Source: a virus
Strand: one strand, 5' to 3'
Length of the DNA stretch: 64,000 bases
Virus record (IMG/VR): IMGVR_UViG_3300030329_006602
Location: 12,332-76,331 of that record
Shown here: one piece after another, positions 27,655 through 37,213 of the stretch
Layout of the letters: each line of letters begins with the position of its first letter
How positions within the stretch are numbered: the stretch's first letter is position 1
The notes under the pieces: generated by a model
Database searches by the model: none
Seen by the model: the letters and a program-made list of their open reading frames with translations, nothing else
What the model was told of the DNA's origin: nothing
Program-made: the position numbers and the translations under genes

Positions 27655-30236
27655 AAATTATTAATTGTGAAGTCCTCATATTGTAAGTCTTTGATGTTAA
27701 TAAACTCAATACCGCTATCAATTAAGTCTTTATTGTGTTTTTTAATTTCGTCAGCAAAGTTCCATGCTAATATAATCACCTTCATATTGGTTCCATTAAT
27801 TTCAGTTTTAGGTTTAATTGGGATATTTGTTCCTGGCACAATTTTATTATGTTTTAATTTATTGTCCTCAACAATAAAGTCAATATCATTGACTGTTATA
27901 CCGTAATAATTTAAAGCTGTTGTTGCCTTAGCTGGTGAAGCATAACCAATTAATGTGTTACCTTCGTCTTTAAGTCGTTTGATATTTTTAATTACATTGG
28001 CTTTACAATCTTGAACTCTTTTACCAAAGTCTTTATATGTCTGATACTCTGTTAACCCAAATTCTTCTTCATTTATTAGGAAAGTGTTAACATTTTCTGT
28101 GGACACCACTCTATGATGATTGCCAACATAAACACGAATTGAACCTCCATGAGTATCAATATGTTCGACATCATATACCTTAACACCTAAACTATCAAGG
28201 AATCGAACTATCGATGTTACTGACCAATAGTTAACGTGTTCATGATAAATGTTATCAAACGTCAAATCCTTAATAGTGTCTAATAAATATTGAACCTCAA
28301 TCACAAATGTTCCTGTGTCTTTTAATAGTTTAAACACATTTTTTGTGATACCTTTTAAGTCATCTGCGTGTGCAAATACATTAGAAGCAGTTACTAAATC
28401 GGCAGTACCATCTAGCCCTTTAAATGTATTTTCATCAAAGTAGCTGTTAATTGTTGGGATTCCATTATCAGTAGCTATTTCTGATACATTAGTGGCGGGT
28501 TCTACTCCGATTACCTTAATGCCTTTATCCTGCAATGGCTTTAAAGCAATTCCATCATTTGAACCTATATCTACAACTAATGATTTTTCATCTAGTTTGA
28601 ATTTGTCTATATACTTGGTGGCGGCATCTTCAAAATGTTTTCTAAATGATGACGAAGTAGATGAGACATATAGATAGTTGTCAAACATTTTACCTGGAGG
28701 AACTACATAGCTTAGTTGAGAGTTATGACACTCGGAACAATAATCCATTTCTAGTGGGAACTTCTCAAAAGAATCGTCTTTGAAGTCTAATAAGTTGTTG
28801 GCCATTGGTGACTTACCTAATGATATAACTTTCTTCATATGAATGTTACCACAACACCTGCATTCCGTTTTGTATCCATCAATAAGTTGTTTCCTGAAAT
28901 CCTCATCAACAAGTATATCCCTAATTGTGTGTGTGATTCCATAATTCTCATGTTCTCTTTCGCCCCTAACAAGGTTTAAGAAAATAGAATCTTCTAAGAA
29001 TACCATTGCATGTGAAACATTAGGCCTTATAACTGCAATGTCACCCTCTTTTATCAATCTGGTTTCGATAACCGAATTTGGGTCAGCTAAATCTTTAACA
29101 ACGCTAATATATTTACCTTTAATCAGTAGACATTTTTGCTCTTGTATGGGATGGTAATGATTCGCTCTAACTGTACCCTCTTTGGACTCAATATAACCAA
29201 TTAAATTAATCGGTTCAGTTAATTCAAAATTAGATATTTTACCCCTCTCATCAATATATTCTTTGCCTCCTCTAATTATGTATTCCAAATCTTCTGGTTC
29301 TTCTTTGCGGGACCAATTAGTAATCATTTCTTCAATGCACCCTTTAAGGTCGTACCTAAATTCAAAACCAGTGTCTAGTAATTTTTTATTTGATATTGTA
29401 TAGCCTAAGTTTGGTATTTCATCATCCGTTTCCTTAATTTTTAATTTTGGATTTATTTTCTTACAGATATCTGCAACTTCTTTAACGGTCGTATTCTCTT
29501 TTGACAAATGAAAAATTTCATTATTTATGCCGCTTTCGGCCATAAATTTAAAGCATCTTGCAACGTCAACGAGGGGCACTAAACTTTTCAGTTGTATCCC
29601 CCCAGAAAATAATTTTATTGTGCCGTCTTGGGAGGCTATTTTTGAAAAAAGATTTGGCATGATCCCTGTGCGCATGGTGTCGGTTGAGTAGCCGTAAACA
29701 GATGCCAGCCTTAGTATAACGTAATTATTGCCAGAATTTTGCAAATCTTTTTCAGATTGTACTTTTCCAGATGAATAAGTTAGGACAGGGCACGGGGGCA
29801 CGTCTTCTGCTAGGTTGGTTTTGGTCTCCTTAAATCCTTCATAGACCACATGGGTGGACGGGAAGAGGATTTTTGAATTTTTATTAGCGTACTTAATAAT
29901 ATTTTTAGTGCCCTGAACTCCAGTACGTGTTATGGCTTGATCCTTTTCGGTATCCGCATCTGTTGCGGTATATGCGACGTCAGTTATGCCAGCTAAATGT
30001 ATGATGATATCAGCTTGGGCGAGTTCTTGTTTTAGGATGTCTTCTTCTAATATTGAAGATTCTATAAATCTAATGCCCCAGTCTCTTAATTGCTTAACTC
30101 TTTCAGAAATAAATCTAGAATCTATTACAACAATATCTTTATATCTAGCTTCGCCCGAGTACAATTTACACAACTCCGTTCCAACGTAACCCAGGCCACC
30201 AGTGATGACAATTTTTTGTATTGTATTGTTTTTCAT
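27651..30236 (-). CDS. Trifunctional NDP-sugar enzyme: SDR epimerase/reductase + cupin isomerase + C-methyltransferase
   Basis: TGGLGYVG/YSSGK; RANHYH..HAM; CRCCG..CSECH; DIGSNDG; YHEH; HGGSIR; LAWNFA. Confidence 0.85.
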   Translation of the reverse strand: MKNNTIQKIVITGGLGYVGTELCKLYSGEARYKDIVVIDSRFISERVKQLRDWGIRFIESSILEEDILKQELAQADIIIHLAGITDVAYTATDADTEKDQAITRTGVQGTKNIIKYANKNSKILFPSTHVVYEGFKETKTNLAEDVPPCPVLTYSSGKVQSEKDLQNSGNNYVILRLASVYGYSTDTMRTGIMPNLFSKIASQDGTIKLFSGGIQLKSLVPLVDVARCFKFMAESGINNEIFHLSKENTTVKEVADICKKINPKLKIKETDDEIPNLGYTISNKKLLDTGFEFRYDLKGCIEEMITNWSRKEEPEDLEYIIRGGKEYIDERGKISNFELTEPINLIGYIESKEGTVRANHYHPIQEQKCLLIKGKYISVVKDLADPNSVIETRLIKEGDIAVIRPNVSHAMVFLEDSIFLNLVRGEREHENYGITHTIRDILVDEDFRKQLIDGYKTECRCCGNIHMKKVISLGKSPMANNLLDFKDDSFEKFPLEMDYCSECHNSQLSYVVPPGKMFDNYLYVSSTSSSFRKHFEDAATKYIDKFKLDEKSLVVDIGSNDGIALKPLQDKGIKVIGVEPATNVSEIATDNGIPTINSYFDENTFKGLDGTADLVTASNVFAHADDLKGITKNVFKLLKDTGTFVIEVQYLLDTIKDLTFDNIYHEHVNYWSVTSIVRFLDSLGVKVYDVEHIDTHGGSIRVYVGNHHRVVSTENVNTFLINEEEFGLTEYQTYKDFGKRVQDCKANVIKNIKRLKDEGNTLIGYASPAKATTALNYYGITVNDIDFIVEDNKLKHNKIVPGTNIPIKPKTEINGTNMKVIILAWNFADEIKKHNKDLIDSGIEFINIKDLQYEDFTINNL

Positions 30237-30237
30237 T

Positions 30238-30339
30238 TTAATTTTGACGCCTCCATGGGATGCGGTTATAGGTCTTCATATAGTCCAACTGATTATATTC
30301 AAGATTTTGCATTTTTCTATACCATTCTTCGCGAACTAG
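30238..30339 (-). pseudogene. Possible relic 3' end of a displaced gene
   Basis: Open frame LVREEWYRKMQNLEYNQLDYMKTYNRIPWRRQN* stops 1 nt before ATG 30236. Confidence 0.35.
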
Positions 30340-31259
30340 CTTTTGATTAGATATGGAAATTTAGATTCAATCAAATGTATTGTGCTTTTTGGGTAATTGC
30401 ATGATTCCAGGGTCATAGGCTTCATTCCTGAAAAAAAGTATTCTTGAAGCGGGTCTGAGTAGGTCGAGTTAGTTCTGTTAAATAAATCTGTATTAGATTC
30501 AATTTTATTTTTTATATCTGATAGGACGGCTTCATTGTTAAGTTCTTGGTGAGAATAGGCTTGAATTTTTTCTTTTATTCTCTCTGGACCACCAATGAAA
30601 CTTAAATGCCAACCGCCATCAAGTATTTGTGTGAAAGTATCATTTTTGCACGCGGTCCTAAAATGCGTTAGGGATATGTTGCTTAAGTCAGAATACTTGA
30701 AAGACGTTGTGCCGTACCAATTGGTGTGGCATAAATTGTTTATATAAAAATTATGACAATCCATCATGACAACATGGTTTGCAAGTTTTTGTTCTTTTAT
30801 TTGTGATACAATATCTGGGTGTGGTATTTCATCTAAATCCGAAACAAGAATAATATCATTTGGTTCGCAGTTAGTTAAGCCTAGCTTCACGAATTCTCTT
30901 TGAATATAATCTCGAGCGAAGGTTGGGTGGCTTTTTAAGCCATTCTCGTCTTCTCTATTGAATAGATCAACAATTTTATTGAATCTTAAATTATAATCAG
31001 AGGACTCTTCTTTTTTATTTATGTTGAATATGTCATCTGGCATTGCCTCTGTAATATAAATAATTTTATCTAAATATTTTGAAAATTTCGATTTATTGGC
31101 TTGAAAATTAAGAGGTTTGTTATTATTGGAATGGGTTTTAGTGCTCTCGCTAATCACAAAATAATCCACCTGGTCGTATAGCAATTCTAGCCTTATTTCT
31201 AATAGGTCTAGTTCGTTGAAGAATTGAAAACAGTCGTAGATTTTCATTTGTAGATTCAT
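30336..31259 (-). CDS. GT17-family glycosyltransferase
   Basis: IYDCF.FFNELDLLEIRL; QR; SDLDEIP; GGWHLSF; K..AYSH.E. Confidence 0.85.
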   Translation of the reverse strand: MNLQMKIYDCFQFFNELDLLEIRLELLYDQVDYFVISESTKTHSNNNKPLNFQANKSKFSKYLDKIIYITEAMPDDIFNINKKEESSDYNLRFNKIVDLFNREDENGLKSHPTFARDYIQREFVKLGLTNCEPNDIILVSDLDEIPHPDIVSQIKEQKLANHVVMMDCHNFYINNLCHTNWYGTTSFKYSDLSNISLTHFRTACKNDTFTQILDGGWHLSFIGGPERIKEKIQAYSHQELNNEAVLSDIKNKIESNTDLFNRTNSTYSDPLQEYFFSGMKPMTLESCNYPKSTIHLIESKFPYLIKS

Positions 31260-31275
31260 ATGTAAATTTTAGTCA

Positions 31276-32217
31276 TTATTCAATTTTTATATTATTTTTA
31301 TATGTATTTAGATTGTGCATCCTATAGTAGTCTTCAGCTTCTTTTTTGCAAGTATTATAATCTGAAATGGCCCCTTCTCTATCTATGTACTCAAAGGATG
31401 TTGTATAACTGTCGGCGTGAGACCAATATCCATCGCTTAAATTGTGTGATATGAAATATTTGGGCCCAATAGTTTTGTGACAATATTGATTCAGCCATGC
31501 GCCCCACCAGGAGAAGGAAGAATTTGAGATTATAAGCCATTTGGCCTGGTTGACGACGTAAAAATCAAAGCCTATATCCACGTGAATGGCCTGTATGTCA
31601 AAGGGCATAAAACTTTTAGCGCAATTTATGTCATCAGTTATAATTAAAAATTTCATATCTTTATTTGCTTGTAGCATATGGCTTATGGAGTCCCGCCAGT
31701 ACTCTTTTCTTGGAATTACGTTGTGAAGATTTTTATATTCTCCACCCCTAAAATTAATAATGCAGAGGTTGTCGTCTAGGCTGATCCCCAGGTCTTTTAA
31801 TTTTTTTTTGTAGCCATCTTTGTATTCTTTTTTTATTTTAAACCATTTTAAGATAGAGGGTTTGTTGTCAATAATGTAATCTTCGCATTGGTAAATTCCG
31901 CCGAGAGCGCCGTTATCACCCAGGAGTATAGTATTATCCTCAATATCATATATTCGATCATCTAACCTATTGAACCAAACCTTTTCCTGTTTAGCTTTAT
32001 GAAATTGCCACTTTTCATGAAAATGGTGAGTTATGCCCGCAACGGATTTACCAAAATCCGCATCCATAAATGTCATTTGGCTCTTACCTTGGTGATAGTC
32101 GTGAGAAGGTGTTGGGCTTATCCCCCAATCGTAACCTAGTTTTTCTGCAATAGTTCTACACACAGAATATTGCCACATGTGATTACCTAAATTACCTGTT
32201 AAATTTATTGTTATCAT
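31276..32217 (-). CDS. GT11 alpha-1,2-fucosyltransferase-like
   Basis: GNLGNHMWQY; INFRGGEY; IITDD; ISNSSFSWWGAWL. Confidence 0.82.
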   Translation of the reverse strand: MITINLTGNLGNHMWQYSVCRTIAEKLGYDWGISPTPSHDYHQGKSQMTFMDADFGKSVAGITHHFHEKWQFHKAKQEKVWFNRLDDRIYDIEDNTILLGDNGALGGIYQCEDYIIDNKPSILKWFKIKKEYKDGYKKKLKDLGISLDDNLCIINFRGGEYKNLHNVIPRKEYWRDSISHMLQANKDMKFLIITDDINCAKSFMPFDIQAIHVDIGFDFYVVNQAKWLIISNSSFSWWGAWLNQYCHKTIGPKYFISHNLSDGYWSHADSYTTSFEYIDREGAISDYNTCKKEAEDYYRMHNLNTYKNNIKIE

Positions 32218-32888
32218 TTTATATTATTGTTGTTAATTAATTCCCTATATTTATTATTTGCACCACCAAAATTATGGAACGCAAAAGGTTTAATGTCACC
32301 AAACTCTGTAAAATATTCTTCATGTGAAAAGTATTTCGCAATTTCAAAATCCCCATAACGCATACCTTCAGCTAAAAACATATCCCTATTTGCTACGCAA
32401 ATTTGTGTATCTTCATTAAAATTATTATCAAAACGTTCCCATTTCATATTCATTCTTGTTGGCAACTCCATTAGTCGTTTACTTCTTAATGAAACACTAT
32501 TCCCGACTCTAATTATCTTACCTTTACTGTCGGATAAATGTTTATGACCCCAGGGCGCACCAATATAATCATAATCTAAAAATTCTAGCCTCCATGACAT
32601 AGGGTTAACGATAAAGCCATCATCATGAATTAAGATTGCAAATTCCGTGTCAACGTACTTATGTAAATCATAAACCATGGCTCGATTCCATTCATCGATA
32701 TTAGACATTTTATTACAATACTCATGTGTGATTAATAATGGTATATCCTTTGGTTTGGTGTCAGACACTAATTTAACGGAGCCGAAGTCGATATCTTTAG
32801 AACTATGCATTAACGCATTAATTGTTGCACTTAAATGTATTGAAGTCAAAGCAATGAGTGATACATTTTCTAACTTTAACCTTTTCAT
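32214..32888 (-). CDS. DUF5672-like GT-A protein
   Basis: DDGF; DYDYIGAPW; VGNSVSLRS; NED; F.FH. Confidence 0.75.
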   Translation of the reverse strand: MKRLKLENVSLIALTSIHLSATINALMHSSKDIDFGSVKLVSDTKPKDIPLLITHEYCNKMSNIDEWNRAMVYDLHKYVDTEFAILIHDDGFIVNPMSWRLEFLDYDYIGAPWGHKHLSDSKGKIIRVGNSVSLRSKRLMELPTRMNMKWERFDNNFNEDTQICVANRDMFLAEGMRYGDFEIAKYFSHEEYFTEFGDIKPFAFHNFGGANNKYRELINNNNIK

Positions 32889-33643
32889 TAGATAAATCTA
32901 AATCTATTTGTTTGAATGTGTTGTGGGGAGGATCCCCTGTGTGGATTATTGTAATTTAGCCAGTGACTGGGTGCAATTATTGCCTCTTTGTCGGATAGCC
33001 AGGCCCCCCACCAGGAAAAGGTTGAATTAGATATGATACAATATTTTGAGAGGTGGAGTAACTTGAAGTCTACCATCATGTGGTTACTTATGATATCTAA
33101 TTCTGGTAATATGTTGTAGGCTGATTTTATATCATCTGTTATAACCACAAACCTTATATCTTTATTTATTTTTTTAACTTCATCAATCGCTTCTAAATAA
33201 TACTTCCGCGGTAGAAACCAATTGTGGGAATTTATATAATCTGTCCCACGTACATGTATAAAGCAGTATTCATTTATAGGGTATTTACGTGCTAATGTTT
33301 TGGTGGCATCATCGATTTTAATATCAAACCATTTTCTTATCTTATCATGTTCATCATCATAATAATTCCCGCATTGAAAAAATCCTCTAATTTTTGTAAA
33401 GTCTGTTAAGTTTAATATGCGTGGGTTGTATTCGTTGTTATCATGGTAAGTATTTTTAATATTGCCGTCACTAGCGCCTAGGTTGATATTGGGGAAGAAT
33501 TGAGATAAATGCTGTCCTTCGCATGACTCTTTTCCGTTGGTGGGGATATGAAAATTATAACCATTTTTATCTGCAATTAGCCTGCACATGCTATATTGAA
33601 ACATTTGGTTGCCCATCCTGCCCATTAAATCAGTTGATATCAT
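32888..33643 (-). CDS. GT11 alpha-1,2-fucosyltransferase-like
   Basis: GRMGNQMFQY; GFFQ; HVRGTDY; SNSTFSWWGAWL. Confidence 0.85.
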   Translation of the reverse strand: MISTDLMGRMGNQMFQYSMCRLIADKNGYNFHIPTNGKESCEGQHLSQFFPNINLGASDGNIKNTYHDNNEYNPRILNLTDFTKIRGFFQCGNYYDDEHDKIRKWFDIKIDDATKTLARKYPINEYCFIHVRGTDYINSHNWFLPRKYYLEAIDEVKKINKDIRFVVITDDIKSAYNILPELDIISNHMMVDFKLLHLSKYCIISNSTFSWWGAWLSDKEAIIAPSHWLNYNNPHRGSSPQHIQTNRFRFI

Positions 33644-34631
33644 TGTCTATTTTTTTTAATATATTCTCGTAGATATTCTTAAAATCTAAAATAGTAAGAT
33701 CAAAATTTTTCATTTCTTCGAATAGGTGATCGTTGTTAATTAGTAACTCTTCGGTCACCTCGGAGAACTCATTAACGAATAAAACTGGTATATTTTTAAA
33801 TATGCGTTCTAAATATGGTGAACTTTTAACTACGGGTACTCTTCTCATATAAATCACCTCCCAGTCCCTAGAGCACTCACACCCAATGGCGTTGCCGCTT
33901 GGGCAAATCATAAATTTATGCTTTTTAATTGTGTGGAGATATTCCCGATACCCCGCGTGGGTATTATTGGTTTTGTTTACTGTTGACCATTTATTATGGA
34001 ATAAGTCATTTAGCCCAGCCCTTTCTTTAGGGTTTGTACCCTCCGAGTGATTAACATATAATAATTTTGTTGGTTCTGATTTGTGGTTATTCACTACGTC
34101 AGATAGCACTTCATGTCTGTCATCTTCGTGGCTTAATTTTCTCTGTACACCATATGGCATGGGGTGAACTTTGCCACCAAACGTTATTGAGTTGGATGCA
34201 TATATCCCTATAACATTTTCTGGTATTTTACCCCATATAAATTCATCAATGCAATTATCCTCGAAACCAGTAAAAATAACAAATTTAATATGAGGTAGTG
34301 ATCCACAGAGTTTGAGTAGGTCATTTCTTGACCACAAGTCCGCTAAAACATTATTTTTATGTGATTTGGCAGATGATACATATTCTTCCATTGCAGTATC
34401 CTTAATACCACCCCTCTCATATAATCGTATATTATCAATAAATAATGTCATATATTTCTTGGCAGGTTCTATTTCTTTTACCTTATTTAAGAATTCCATA
34501 TTACCCATATTGGCATCTTTCATATAACCACCCAGTATTCCACGACCAGATTGATCCCCAAATGAATAATCAACGTTATCTCTTATGTATGTTGGATCTA
34601 CATACATTTTTTTATAAGTCTCTAGTAACAA
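33630..34631 (-). CDS. GT47/exostosin-like protein
   Basis: HKFMICPSGN..C.R.WE..Y..VPVV. Confidence 0.65.
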   Translation of the reverse strand: MLLETYKKMYVDPTYIRDNVDYSFGDQSGRGILGGYMKDANMGNMEFLNKVKEIEPAKKYMTLFIDNIRLYERGGIKDTAMEEYVSSAKSHKNNVLADLWSRNDLLKLCGSLPHIKFVIFTGFEDNCIDEFIWGKIPENVIGIYASNSITFGGKVHPMPYGVQRKLSHEDDRHEVLSDVVNNHKSEPTKLLYVNHSEGTNPKERAGLNDLFHNKWSTVNKTNNTHAGYREYLHTIKKHKFMICPSGNAIGCECSRDWEVIYMRRVPVVKSSPYLERIFKNIPVLFVNEFSEVTEELLINNDHLFEEMKNFDLTILDFKNIYENILKKIDNDIN

Positions 34632-35226
34632 CTATTAAATAATTATCACCTGAATACAAGCCGCCACCTCTTAAATCTCTAGCTGATACAGAGTATCCTG
34701 GCGGTGTGATCGAACTAAGGTGCTGCAACCATTGTTCTGGCGCCTGGGCATCTTCCACAACTAAAACTCCGCCCTTATTTAATTGTGGTACATATGTATT
34801 CCACACGGCAAGTACATCAGGGAAGTAATGGCTCCCATCGTCTATAATTATATCGAATTTAATATCTTTAAGTTGTTCTGTAACTGAAGGATCTTTTATG
34901 TCTTTAAAGATATAAGTAACATCATCCATTCTATATTCAGGAAGAATAACATCAATTATATCGACACCATAAATATTAGCCTTTGGAAAGAAATCTCTCC
35001 ACGCCTTTAAGCTGCCACCCCTCTGCACCCCAATTTCCATTAAGTTTATTTCAGAGTTTTTTTCATAATTATTAAAAATTTCTTGATATGAATCACCGTA
35101 AGTGTGACCTATCGGTGATTCAGGGTTATCTATGATTATTCTATCATCTAAATTATTAAAAATGTTTTTAATGGTGCCGTGATTTTTATCGGTGATATAT
35201 TTTAGTAGTAATTCTCCTATTTTCAT
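34612..35226 (-). CDS. SAM-dependent (sugar O-)methyltransferase
   Basis: H.Y..Y; EIGVQRGGSL..W; DIIIDDGSH; GG..VVED. Confidence 0.82.
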   Translation of the reverse strand: MKIGELLLKYITDKNHGTIKNIFNNLDDRIIIDNPESPIGHTYGDSYQEIFNNYEKNSEINLMEIGVQRGGSLKAWRDFFPKANIYGVDIIDVILPEYRMDDVTYIFKDIKDPSVTEQLKDIKFDIIIDDGSHYFPDVLAVWNTYVPQLNKGGVLVVEDAQAPEQWLQHLSSITPPGYSVSARDLRGGGLYSGDNYLIVVTRDL

Positions 35227-35231
35227 AATTT

Positions 35232-35999
35232 TTAATGTTTGCTGTGTTGGTAATAGCGGTTGTTTTCTACTTCAGGGGTGCATGGTTTGACTGTAGGAAG
35301 TTTCTTATGGAACCCAAAGGGTAATATTCCTGAATTTTCAGGCACGGGGTTTTCGTAAGAAAAATATCTTGCAACTTCTATGGGGGCAAATTTACACCCC
35401 GCTTTTTCGAATAAGTGTTTATTGTGCACACAAATGTTTCCATCCTCATTTGTGTTAGTCTGCCCAAACATTTGATAAAAGTCTCTGCGCTCACTTACGT
35501 GAAAGGGGATAGGGGTATAATTTGGGACCGTTAGGAGCTTCTGACTTCTTAATGAAAAACCTCCGTTTCCTACGCGGGCGCGTTCATTAAAAGGAGTAAT
35601 GTAGGTAGTCTCCGATAGTGGCCACGGGGCTCCAATGTAATCGTAATCTAGGAATTCTTCCCTCCATGCCTGGGGATTGATAATGAAGGCGTGGTCTTGA
35701 ACAATGAGGACGTGGTTGGTTTCTATATGGTTGTGCAGATTATATAATATGTAGAAGTTGTATTCGTCTATATTTGTAAGTGGTGCCACCTGCTCTTCTG
35801 CCACAATTTCATGGTGTGAGAGTGCGTCTTTATATTTTGAGCATAGGGCTTTTGTTGTGACGAGCTTTACTTCGCTAAATTTCGCAACATTTTTACAATG
35901 GATTAAGGACTTGATGGTGTTTTCAATTCTATGGGTGTTGTCTATCGCAAGGCAAGTTGTATTGTGTAGGACGGGTGGGCGGTTTATTTTTTTATTCAT
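35232..35999 (-). CDS. DUF5672-like GT-A protein
   Basis: VQD; DYDYIGAPW; VGNGGFSLRS; NED; FGFH. Confidence 0.78.
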   Translation of the reverse strand: MNKKINRPPVLHNTTCLAIDNTHRIENTIKSLIHCKNVAKFSEVKLVTTKALCSKYKDALSHHEIVAEEQVAPLTNIDEYNFYILYNLHNHIETNHVLIVQDHAFIINPQAWREEFLDYDYIGAPWPLSETTYITPFNERARVGNGGFSLRSQKLLTVPNYTPIPFHVSERRDFYQMFGQTNTNEDGNICVHNKHLFEKAGCKFAPIEVARYFSYENPVPENSGILPFGFHKKLPTVKPCTPEVENNRYYQHSKH

Positions 36000-36666
36000 T
36001 GAGCTCCTTTTGTAGCTTAGACAGGTTCATGCTTAAATCTCCTGGTACGTGGGCTGGCTTAAGAGATTTGCCGACTGGCCTCGTTTGTTTTGCTAATTGA
36101 TAGGTTGTTTTTACTTCAGTGCCTACATTGAATACGCCAGTGGAATTTTTTTTTATTAATCTTATGATCAAATTTGAAATTACATCTACATAATCCATGT
36201 TGCTCGCCCTGTCTATCCAGGCCTCCTTGTATGGAAATGGCTTAGGTATTTGCGAGCATCGACAGAGTAAGAAATTGTTGGACCGCAACTGAACCAATCC
36301 GTCACTAAGGAGTTTTGTGTAGGCGTACCAGTTGTTGCAATGCACGGGAACGCTTTCTTCGTCTATATTTGGGGGCGATCCAGCATAAATATAGTCGGTC
36401 GATATGTGGACCAACTTGAGGGGTTTTTCATTGCAGTAATTTACCAACCTATCTACAAAGGAATAGTTTGTTTGCCAATGGGAGCTTTTGTCTGCAGAGT
36501 AGGTATTAGTGTTCGCTATGCAGTTTACTATGGTGTCGTAGCCACTAGGAAGTGTGCCCACATCGCGGATATTGAATCCATCTTTCTTTCTGGAAATGTA
36601 GTCCCAGTCTGTTTGCTTGATGATCTCTGACCCTAGCAGGCCGTCTCCTAGAATTAGGGCTTTCAT
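35992..36666 (-). CDS. Short RmlD-like SDR sugar reductase
   Basis: GDGLLG; HISTDYIY; YAYTK. Confidence 0.75.
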   Translation of the reverse strand: MKALILGDGLLGSEIIKQTDWDYISRKKDGFNIRDVGTLPSGYDTIVNCIANTNTYSADKSSHWQTNYSFVDRLVNYCNEKPLKLVHISTDYIYAGSPPNIDEESVPVHCNNWYAYTKLLSDGLVQLRSNNFLLCRCSQIPKPFPYKEAWIDRASNMDYVDVISNLIIRLIKKNSTGVFNVGTEVKTTYQLAKQTRPVGKSLKPAHVPGDLSMNLSKLQKELNE

Positions 36667-36667
36667 A

Positions 36668-37213
36668 TTAAAATGGGCTTTGGAAGTCCTCTAGTGACGG
36701 ATGCATGGTATCTTTATGGGATATAATTGGAGCCTCGCACGTTCCCCAATGGATATTTATGGTGGGGTCATTCCACCTGATTCCTCCTTCGGATTCCTTG
36801 TTGTAGAGTGCAGAGCACTTGTATTGTACTATAGTGTTGTTTTCCAGCGTTAGAAAACCATGAGCAAATCCATCGGGAATGTAGAGCATTTTTTTATTTT
36901 GGGCCGACAAAATATGGCTGGAGTATTCTCCATAAGTCTTTGAATCTTTTCTAATGTCCACCGCCACATCTAATATTGACCCATGGATCGCTCTAACTAA
37001 TTTAGCTTGAGAATAAGGAGGGGATTGGAAATGAAGCCCTCTTAATACCCCTTTTTGGGAGAGGGATTGATTGTCTTGAAGGAAGTCGGCCGTAATTCCT
37101 AGGTCGTGGAATTTTTGCTTATTAAAGGATTCAAAAAAATATCCTCGAGAGTCCTCCAGGACATTGGGCTCAATTAGGGCTAGGTCTTCTATGTGAGTTT
37201 TAATTTTTTTCAT
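36668..37213 (-). CDS. rmlC: dTDP-4-dehydrorhamnose 3,5-epimerase
   Basis: DSRGYFFESF; QDNQS; GVLRGLHFQ; GFAHGF; WNDP. Confidence 0.95.
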   Translation of the reverse strand: MKKIKTHIEDLALIEPNVLEDSRGYFFESFNKQKFHDLGITADFLQDNQSLSQKGVLRGLHFQSPPYSQAKLVRAIHGSILDVAVDIRKDSKTYGEYSSHILSAQNKKMLYIPDGFAHGFLTLENNTIVQYKCSALYNKESEGGIRWNDPTINIHWGTCEAPIISHKDTMHPSLEDFQSPF

